From the NCBI GenBank assembly GCA_024409235.1, contig JAKSUA010000003.1, forward strand, positions 137,309 to 201,308: a stretch of DNA of 64,000 bases, given 5' to 3'. Source of the DNA: Bacteroidales bacterium. GTDB taxonomy: Bacteria > Bacteroidota > Bacteroidia > Bacteroidales > UBA1715. Below are positions 57,296 through 64,000 of the stretch, piece after piece. The position numbers were made by a program, and so were the translations under genes. The stretch's first letter is position 1. The number at the start of each line of letters is the position of its first letter. The notes beneath the pieces were generated by a model. The model worked only from the letters and a program-made list of their open reading frames with translations, ran no database searches and was not told the DNA's origin.

Positions 57296-57315
57296 TTTGT
57301 GTTAAATTCTTATAA

Positions 57316-57353
57316 TAAAAAGTCCGATAGAGAAATTCTGTCGGACTTTTTTT
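57316..57353. terminator. bidirectional terminator between frr and tRNA-Thr
   Basis: Stem AGTCCGA.../...TCGGACT with additional inner pairs. AAAAA lies upstream and TTTTTTT downstream. Confidence 0.75.
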
Positions 57354-57360
57354 ATTTTAG

Positions 57361-57432
57361 AGCCTTTTGCCGGATTTGAACCGGCGACCCCTTCATTACG
57401 AGTGAAGTGCTCTACCGCTGAGCTAAAAAGGC
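57361..57432 (-). tRNA. tRNA-Thr (anticodon CGT)
   Basis: The reverse complement is GCCTTTTTAGCTCAGCGGTAGAGCACTTCACTCGTAATGAAGGGGTCGCCGGTTCAAATCCGGCAAAAGGCT. Anticodon loop CTCGTAA. Confidence 0.9.
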
Positions 57433-57479
57433 TTGAATGATTACAAAATTACAAAATATTTGATTCTTAGGAAATACAA

Positions 57480-57914
57480 TTAGGAATTTTTGCTCCATAA
57501 CAACTTTTTGCCAAATCCTAAAGTATTGTCGGTGTACTTTGCTTCAAATATTTTAATTTCCCAAAGAATTTTAGGTGCAAGAGTTGTTAACGGAAATCGT
57601 TTGTTATAAACTTTTTTAGCTCTTTTTTCATCATCGTTTTCGCACAAACTCATTTCACCGGAAAATTGTAATCCCTGCACTTTTCCAACGATTTCAGTTT
57701 CTAAAACAATACTTCCTGCAATTCTTTTGTTTGTAAGAACTTCTTGAATATGTCTTGTATCGTCGTGAGAAGTTATTATAAAGGATTGATTATTTTCATC
57801 GAATGCATAAAAGGCGTTAAAACACCATGGTTGACCATTATTGTCCGTGGCAACGGTGATTACATGATGTTCTTTTACGAAATCTGTTATCTTTTTAGGA
57901 AATTCTTCTGCCAT
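57480..57914 (-). CDS. YhbP/UPF0306 family protein (pyridoxamine 5'-phosphate oxidase-like FMN-binding split barrel)
   Basis: 144 aa. It has WCFNAFYAFD..., GLQFSGEM..., AKKVYNKRFP... and KYTDNTLGFGKKLLW, closely resembling E. coli YhbP from memory. Confidence 0.75.
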   Translation of the reverse strand: MAEEFPKKITDFVKEHHVITVATDNNGQPWCFNAFYAFDENNQSFIITSHDDTRHIQEVLTNKRIAGSIVLETEIVGKVQGLQFSGEMSLCENDDEKRAKKVYNKRFPLTTLAPKILWEIKIFEAKYTDNTLGFGKKLLWSKNS

Positions 57915-58522
57915 TAGTCTTCGTAAATATGTTGTTCAATCAGTGCTTTTAATTCAGCGTAATTATGTGCTACAGGCAATTCTGGGAATTCATCTATTAC
58001 CTTTTGTGGTGGGCAAAATAGAATACCAACCTCTGCTTTTTTTAGCATAGAAACATCGTTGTATGAATCTCCGAATGCAATAACTTTGAAATTCATACTC
58101 TGAAATGCTTCAACGGTTTTTCTTTTAGGATCTGATTGACGAAGCTTATAGTTTGTGATTCTTCCGTCTTTGGCAATCTCTAATGAATGGCACAATATAA
58201 AAGGATCGTCAAGTTGTTTCATAAGAGGTTTCGCAAATTCCTGAAATGTATCAGAAACAATTACAAAACGGCTGATTTCGCGCAACCATTTTGTAAATTC
58301 TAATGCACCTTCCATCGGTTTGATGTTGGAAATCACATTCTGAATATCCTGTATTTTTAAATTATGTTCGTCAAGAATATTAAGACGATATTTCATCAAC
58401 TTGTCATAATCAGGTTCATCACGAGTAGTTATTTTTAATTTCTCAATGCCTGTAATTTTTGCGACATTTATCCATACTTCGGGAACGAAAACACCTTCTA
58501 AATCAGAACATACAACCCACAT
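57914..58522 (-). CDS. thrH: bifunctional phosphoserine phosphatase / homoserine phosphotransferase ThrH (HAD family)
   Basis: DLEGVFVPEVWI (HAD motif I), TTRDEPDYDKLMKYRLNILDEH, KLRQSDPKR and GDSYNDVSML. Near-colinear with Pseudomonas ThrH from memory. Confidence 0.85.
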   Translation of the reverse strand: MWVVCSDLEGVFVPEVWINVAKITGIEKLKITTRDEPDYDKLMKYRLNILDEHNLKIQDIQNVISNIKPMEGALEFTKWLREISRFVIVSDTFQEFAKPLMKQLDDPFILCHSLEIAKDGRITNYKLRQSDPKRKTVEAFQSMNFKVIAFGDSYNDVSMLKKAEVGILFCPPQKVIDEFPELPVAHNYAELKALIEQHIYED

Positions 58523-58584
58523 AGTGATATATTTAAATTTATTGCAAAATAAATGAATAATTCCGTATTACCGTGCTTTTTGTG

Positions 58585-58592
58585 TACTTTTG
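58585..58592 (+). promoter_or_regulatory. -7 box (TACTTTTG) upstream of coaD
   Basis: Perfect TAnnTTTG, 21 nt before ATG 58613 and inside the longest ORF (58553). It supports the shorter start. Confidence 0.4.
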
Positions 58593-58612
58593 CAAAGATA
58601 AAATTCAGCAGA

Positions 58613-59071
58613 ATGGAAAGAATAGCAGTTTTCCCAGGTAGTTTTGATCCTTTCACTCTTGGTCATAAAGCAGTTTTGGATAGTGCGTTATCGTTGTTCG
58701 ATAAAGTTATTGTTGCGATAGGCGTGAATTCAAGTAAGAAATCTCTTTTTTCGGTGGAGGAACGATTAGCATATATTTCAAAGTTGTATTCTAATAACTC
58801 AAACATATCTGTGAAAACATACAATACATTAACGGTTGATTTGTGCAGAGAATGGAATGCTAAATATATTGTACGTGGTCTTCGCAGTTCGGCGGATTTC
58901 AAATATGAACAGCCTATAGCACAAACAAATCGTCAAATTGCAGGTGTGGAGACTGTATTTTTGATGACTCCACCGGAGTATAGCCATATTTCGTCGTCTA
59001 TTGTAAGGGAACTGTTATCCTATGGTGCGGATGTATCTGCTTTTGTTCCGAAATCGTTAAATTATAAGTAG
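58613..59071 (+). CDS. coaD: pantetheine-phosphate adenylyltransferase
   Basis: MERIAVFPGSFDPFTLGH (the T/HxGH motif) and ISSSIVRE near the C-terminus. About 152 aa from ATG 58613. Confidence 0.93.
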   Translation: MERIAVFPGSFDPFTLGHKAVLDSALSLFDKVIVAIGVNSSKKSLFSVEERLAYISKLYSNNSNISVKTYNTLTVDLCREWNAKYIVRGLRSSADFKYEQPIAQTNRQIAGVETVFLMTPPEYSHISSSIVRELLSYGADVSAFVPKSLNYK

Positions 59072-59622
59072 TGCTCTAAAACTAGTTTTAGGCCTATTCC
59101 AATTAAAATTAAGCCACCTAGCACACCAACTTTAAATGTAAATTGTTTTCCAAGTCTGTTTCCAATAAATAAGCCTATGCAGGAGAATAAGAAACTTCCT
59201 AAGGCAATTATTATAACAGCAATAGAAATCTTTTCTGGAGTAGAAACAAAAATAACGCCTGTAGCAAGTGCGTCAATACTTGTTGCTATGGCAAGAAGTA
59301 TAACAGTTTTCCATGCGAAGTGGTTACATTCTGATTTTTCATCCTCTTCGCCCCATATATCTTCGTAAATCATTTTTCCTCCAATAAAGCAAAGAATTGC
59401 TAATGCAATCCAATGGCTATATGCATCAATAGCTTCAGCAAAGGAAACTGATATTAAAAAGCCTATGAGAGGCATTCCACCTTGAAATAATCCGAATAAT
59501 AATGGCATTTTATAAATACTTCGGATTTGTAATTCTTTACAGGAAATTCCTGATGCAGTTGAAACTGCAAAACAATCCATGGCAAGTCCAATAGAAAGTA
59601 GTATTATCTCAAAGATATTCAT
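59062..59622 (-). CDS. mntP: manganese efflux pump MntP
   Basis: 186 aa, 6 TM. It has GLAMDCFAVS and ATSIDALATG (the two DUF204 repeats). Its 3' end overlaps the coaD 3' end by 10 nt (convergent). Confidence 0.88.
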   Translation of the reverse strand: MNIFEIILLSIGLAMDCFAVSTASGISCKELQIRSIYKMPLLFGLFQGGMPLIGFLISVSFAEAIDAYSHWIALAILCFIGGKMIYEDIWGEEDEKSECNHFAWKTVILLAIATSIDALATGVIFVSTPEKISIAVIIIALGSFLFSCIGLFIGNRLGKQFTFKVGVLGGLILIGIGLKLVLEHYL

Positions 59623-59630
59623 TGCTAGAA

Positions 59631-61343
59631 CTATTTAGATGTGACTTTCCACGATGTTTTTTTCATACCCCATGAATGTATGGAAATTGTAGTTGCTGAG
59701 CTTTCCGAGGAACTAAATGAAAGATTGCTATAATCGTGTTCTTTAATAATAAAATCGGAAGGATTTTTGTTTCCCATTAATATTATAAAGTTTCTCGCTA
59801 GGGTTATTTTGTCTTTACATATTTGTTCGAAAAATTTCTCAAAAGATGGCATATTATAGTGGACAGTTAGTGTGTCGTAAAGTTGTTTTGCATAAAAATA
59901 GTTTCTTGCTCTTTCAATGCTCGGAATACCGTGTCCATACTTATTGTCAGGTTTTTTGTGCATGCTGCTGGTTATAAGTAGGACTTCTTTTATGGTTTGA
60001 GCTGAAGAATCAGGAAATTCTTCCCATAATGTAGCGCAGCTTCCTGCAGTTAGGGGGCAGGAGAATGATGTTCCGCCACTAGTGTGTTTTATTTGTCCGT
60101 TGGCAGTGACTATCATTGGTAAAAGTCCAAGTGCTGTCACGTCTGGTTTAATCCGGCCGTCGGAGGTAGGTCCAAAAGAACTGAATTTGGTCTTTTTTAG
60201 TTTGTAATTGCAGGCACCTACAGTAATAATGCTGTCTGCGTCAGCTGGAGCTGTTATGTATTTCCATGGTTCATCTCCTGAATTTCCAGCACTGTTTAGA
60301 AGTAACATTCCTTTTGATGCAGCGATGTTTGAGCCAAGAGTAATTCTTGTAGTATGTCCATCCATTTGCTTATATGTATGGGATTGTGTTGTGTCATCGA
60401 AATTACTGTATCCTAGAGAAGTTGAGATGATATCTGCTCCTGCACTGTCGGCAAGTTCTGCTGCAGCAACCCAATTATCTTCTTCAACAATATATTCTGT
60501 TTCTTCCTCTTCACTACGGATTAAGATGAAATTTGCAGCTGGTGCTGTACCAATTAATTGCCCAGGGTAAAATCCACCTATAAGAGAAAGAACCATCATA
60601 CCGTGGCCACCAGTTTGATAAATAGATGAGGAGTCATAGAAAGCTTTTGTTCCAGTAACATCTCGTGTAAGAAGAATTCTTTTCTCGTCCCATAATTTTT
60701 GAAAAACGGCAGCTGAGTCAACATGAAGAAAACCGGCGTCCACTACTGCGATTGTAACATTTTGTCCAAGATGTCCAAAACAATGAGAATCTATAGTAGA
60801 GAGTATATAGTTTTGTTTTGCTGATCCTCCATAGATTTTCATTATCATCTCGAAGAAATCCTCGTTTCGTACAAAATTATTGTAGTTCAGATTTTCAGGT
60901 ATGATGGAAAGATCTTCTTTGATGGATTCTTGTTCCACTAACTTGCGTCCGTCTTTGTGATAGACAATAGCAGGTGCTACATATTCAAGAGATTTTACGA
61001 AAGAAAGTTTTGCTATTTCATTAAATGAAACTTCTGATTCTATGTAGAAAATTGCTGAGTTAAACCATTTTGAACTATTACATAACATTCCACCAAAATC
61101 AGAAACGACGGAAAGATATTGTGGTGTAACCGGTAAATCTTGTTCTGTTATGGGAATGTTAAATTTTACACGTCGATTTAGAGCTTTTTCGCTAAGGAAG
61201 TCTTCTGGTTTTTCGATGGAAAAAGGAGAGTTGTTTTTGTCGTTAAAGGTTATTCGATAACGGCCTTCTTTAAAAACCTGTTGTTGCGAATAAATACTGA
61301 TTGTTATGAATAAAAAACAAAAAACAGACAAAAATTTTCTCAT
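59631..61343 (-). CDS. S8 family serine peptidase (subtilisin-like), secreted
   Basis: Signal peptide and catalytic triad contexts VAVVDAGF (Asp), GGHGMMVLS (His) and GGTSFSCPLTAG (Ser). Confidence 0.88.
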   Translation of the reverse strand: MRKFLSVFCFLFITISIYSQQQVFKEGRYRITFNDKNNSPFSIEKPEDFLSEKALNRRVKFNIPITEQDLPVTPQYLSVVSDFGGMLCNSSKWFNSAIFYIESEVSFNEIAKLSFVKSLEYVAPAIVYHKDGRKLVEQESIKEDLSIIPENLNYNNFVRNEDFFEMIMKIYGGSAKQNYILSTIDSHCFGHLGQNVTIAVVDAGFLHVDSAAVFQKLWDEKRILLTRDVTGTKAFYDSSSIYQTGGHGMMVLSLIGGFYPGQLIGTAPAANFILIRSEEEETEYIVEEDNWVAAAELADSAGADIISTSLGYSNFDDTTQSHTYKQMDGHTTRITLGSNIAASKGMLLLNSAGNSGDEPWKYITAPADADSIITVGACNYKLKKTKFSSFGPTSDGRIKPDVTALGLLPMIVTANGQIKHTSGGTSFSCPLTAGSCATLWEEFPDSSAQTIKEVLLITSSMHKKPDNKYGHGIPSIERARNYFYAKQLYDTLTVHYNMPSFEKFFEQICKDKITLARNFIILMGNKNPSDFIIKEHDYSNLSFSSSESSATTISIHSWGMKKTSWKVTSK

Positions 61344-61408
61344 ACTCTTTCAAAAAAATAAAGACGCACCGATTTGGTACGTCTCTAAAAATATTAAAAT
61401 GGGATATT

Positions 61409-62233
61409 TTAGTTAAATCCTTTTAAATTACCATCATTGTGAAGTACAGTAATGGCGGAGATTCCATATTTGTTTCCAATTATTTTTTGTTCGTTTGCAC
61501 CGAACATGTAATCTGCAAAATCAAGTTCTTTAGAAGTAGAAACAAGAATTGCATTCGCATTTATAGAATTAGCATATTCAATAACTTCTTCTGCAAAATC
61601 GTCTTTTCCTGCACCTTCAACTTCAGTATATTCAATTTTATTTTGGTCAAGGATAGATTTTACATGTACCATGTTTGAATAAACCTGTCTTTTTAAGTTA
61701 GCGTCGCTACTTTTTTGGATGTAAAGATAGAATTTCGATTTAAAGAATTTGTTCATGTAAACAGCCCATCCAACTTTCTGTTTATCTTCTTTTTTGTAGT
61801 CAATAGGGCATACAATATCTTCGAAGTGTTCGTTGCGTGGAGGACGTTGAACAACGATGAATGGGCAGCTTGAACCTTCAATAACTTTTAATGCCCAGCT
61901 ACCTGTAATTTTCTGTAAACCTTTCATACCGTGAGTTCCCATAAAAACAAACGGACACGATAGTTTCTTGGCAACTTCTTTTATTGTAGTGAAGATATCA
62001 CCTTTAACAGCCATATATTCTGGCTTGAACTGATATTTCTTTTGAGCATCGTCGGTAACAATTTTTAGTTGAGCCATTGCATTGTCTATATCTTTTTCAT
62101 CATCAACAATGTGTAACAATGTAACAGATGTGCTTCCAATTGTATTGGCGAAACGGATTGCGTGCTGCATTGCATAGTCAGCTACATTTGAAAAATCCCA
62201 AGCAACTAAAATAGTTTTCTGTAAATGTTCCAT
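61409..62233 (-). CDS. universal stress protein (tandem Usp domains)
   Basis: ATG 62233 (MEHLQKTILVAWDFS) gives 274 aa with two UspA-like halves (FMGTHGMKG...). The longer ORF to 62395 would overlap the divergent sensor gene. Confidence 0.8.
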   Translation of the reverse strand: MEHLQKTILVAWDFSNVADYAMQHAIRFANTIGSTSVTLLHIVDDEKDIDNAMAQLKIVTDDAQKKYQFKPEYMAVKGDIFTTIKEVAKKLSCPFVFMGTHGMKGLQKITGSWALKVIEGSSCPFIVVQRPPRNEHFEDIVCPIDYKKEDKQKVGWAVYMNKFFKSKFYLYIQKSSDANLKRQVYSNMVHVKSILDQNKIEYTEVEGAGKDDFAEEVIEYANSINANAILVSTSKELDFADYMFGANEQKIIGNKYGISAITVLHNDGNLKGFN

Positions 62234-62312
62234 AATTTTAATATTTTGATAAATTTGAATACTTTTTCTTGTTTTTACTTGAAAAAGCGTGTTAAAAGTA
62301 ATAAAAATATTT

Positions 62313-64000
62313 TTGGTATCAATTAAACGCATCGTTTTTTTACTGTCCTTGTTAATAGGATTGTCTGCTTCGGCACAGCAGCCCGAGCAGGGCATTCCTT
62401 ATTATGAGACAATTTCTCCTTTTTTTATTGGTTACGAAGGACCTTGGAATAGCGTAGTTCAGGATGCCGAAAATGTTCTGTATTTTGAGAATCGATATGG
62501 CGTTGTGTTTTTCGATGGAGCTTCATGGAAAATGCTGAAAACACATGGTACACCAACGTTGTGCCAGGATAAAAATGGAATCATTTATGTTGGTGCGGTA
62601 GATTTCTTAGGCAGAATAGAAACGGATGACTGCAATCGTAAATTTCTTAAAACAGTATTAGATTCAGCACAGTCATTTGGTAAAATAACAGATGTTGTTG
62701 CATTTAACAATTCGTTGTTCTTTATAGCAAGAGGGAAATTATTTACGGTGAAGGACTTCTCACCATTGGAATTAGATATTGATGTACAGGTAAAGAAACT
62801 TTTTTCAATACGCGGAAAATTATATGTGGCATCGGAAAAAAATCTTTATGAGTTGTCGGGCAACAATCATCTTGTGTACGTTGCATCAATATCAGTAGAG
62901 GGTGCTTTGCTTACTGACGACTCGTTTGTTTTTGTAACAAATAATGGTTTTGTGAAGATTGCACCAGATAATCAGGTTGTGCCTTTCCCAACAGAAATCG
63001 ACACGTATATTAAAAAAGGAGAATTTCAGTGTATTTCCCGTACAATTAATAATAGAATTTGTGTTGGTACAAAATCTCATGGCATTATTTGTTTAAGTGA
63101 GAAAGGAAAAATCTTATTTTCATTAGATGTTTCAAATGGATTTCCAGACAACAAAATTTCAGATTTGTTTGTTGATAGGGACAATAATATTTGGGCAACA
63201 ACAAATTCAGATATTGTCAGAATAGAGATTAATTCGGCGATTACTTATTACAATAAATATAACGGTCTGTTTGGTGGAGTATATGGAGTAGCAAGATGTA
63301 ATGGAATCTTATATGTAGGAACAGATCGTGGAATATTTAAATTATTAGGAGACCATTTTGATTTAATAAAAGGAGTTTCTTGTAATGTTTTGCAGAAATA
63401 TAAGGAAACAGTGGTAGCAGGGACCGACGAAGGATTGTTTATAGGAGACTTAAATAGTCCGTTAGTTGAGGGCGAGATAAAAAATATTCATATATGTGAA
63501 GGAAAGCTGATTGTTGTTACTCCTGAAAAATTAGAGATATATTATGATCTTTCAAAAGATGATAATACGGTAAAATTTTCTAAAAAATATAGTACGGACA
63601 TTCCTGCAGTAGAAATAACTTCTATGGCATGTGACCAGGCGAATGTGAATCTTGCAATGTTGGGAACAAAATGTGACGGAATATGGATGTTAGCGATAGA
63701 TTCTGTAAATCAACTTAGAATGTCCAAATGTGAATGGCAGGGATTGCCAAAGGATAACGATAGAATGGATGTATTTGAGACTTCTCAGGGATGCGTTTAT
63801 TCTACAAGCCATGGATTATATAGATGTGAACTAAAAAATAAATTCTTTTATAAGGATGGAAAAATAATGGTTCCGGCTACCGATTATCGAATGTGGATTT
63901 CTCCAGTAAAAGAAGATAAAGACAAAAACTTATGGATGGCATTCAGAACAGACGGTTCTTACGAAAGTCAAATTGGCGTTGCATGGAACACAAATAATTC
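62313..64000 (+). CDS. periplasmic sensor protein with two-component-regulator propeller (Reg_prop) repeats, 5' part only (runs off the right edge)
   Basis: The frame is open from 62283 to the window end with no stop, so it is absent from the ORF track. It has a signal peptide (RIVFLLSLLIGLSASAQQ) and Reg_prop-like units such as NGFPDNKISDLFVDRDNNIWATTNSDIVRIE. No ATG is available. The start is TTG 62313 or GTG 62289. Confidence 0.6.
   Translation, partial: MVSIKRIVFLLSLLIGLSASAQQPEQGIPYYETISPFFIGYEGPWNSVVQDAENVLYFENRYGVVFFDGASWKMLKTHGTPTLCQDKNGIIYVGAVDFLGRIETDDCNRKFLKTVLDSAQSFGKITDVVAFNNSLFFIARGKLFTVKDFSPLELDIDVQVKKLFSIRGKLYVASEKNLYELSGNNHLVYVASISVEGALLTDDSFVFVTNNGFVKIAPDNQVVPFPTEIDTYIKKGEFQCISRTINNRICVGTKSHGIICLSEKGKILFSLDVSNGFPDNKISDLFVDRDNNIWATTNSDIVRIEINSAITYYNKYNGLFGGVYGVARCNGILYVGTDRGIFKLLGDHFDLIKGVSCNVLQKYKETVVAGTDEGLFIGDLNSPLVEGEIKNIHICEGKLIVVTPEKLEIYYDLSKDDNTVKFSKKYSTDIPAVEITSMACDQANVNLAMLGTKCDGIWMLAIDSVNQLRMSKCEWQGLPKDNDRMDVFETSQGCVYSTSHGLYRCELKNKFFYKDGKIMVPATDYRMWISPVKEDKDKNLWMAFRTDGSYESQIGVAWNTNN

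Overview
This is a 64-kb stretch of a low-GC Bacteroidota (Bacteroidales-like) chromosome. The assignment rests on perfect TAnnTTTG -7 promoter boxes upstream of many genes, two proteins with type-A T9SS C-terminal sorting domains, and one with a CHU_C/type-B-like tail. I support about 50 protein-coding genes and 6 tRNAs (Glu-CTC, Pro-TGG, Cys-GCA, Leu-CAA, Arg-CCT, Thr-CGT). I found no rRNA, CRISPR array, transposase or integrase. Most genes are housekeeping: atpDC, rarA, cdaA, ispD, secDF, rpiB, ribE, groES/EL, polA, leuB, radA, frr, coaD, an exbB/exbD/tonB cluster, nhaD and mntP. The non-core content is: (1) an orphan SiaB/SiaC-like partner-switching pair with a tandem-duplicated kinase; (2) a ~1186-aa multi-TM NtrY-like histidine kinase with no response regulator, directly upstream of cdaA-rarA; (3) an ECF sigma with an anti-sigma-like protein carrying a CHU_C-like tail, followed by a BNR lipoprotein and a CotH/lamin-tail T9SS protein; (4) a 2616-aa T9SS surface protein (GH8 + 14 Big_2 + 2 paralogous beta-sandwich modules + FIVAR repeats); (5) a ~4.6-kb patchwork bounded by two direct rpiB copies, one with an in-frame TAG, holding a gpx-ohrR peroxide operon with a perfect 12-bp inverted-repeat operator, two tRNAs and two truncated genes; (6) a Gp49/HigB-like plus XRE toxin-antitoxin pair. 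There is no recognisable phage-defence island. All family calls come from motif recognition by eye. No database search, HMM or folding program was run.
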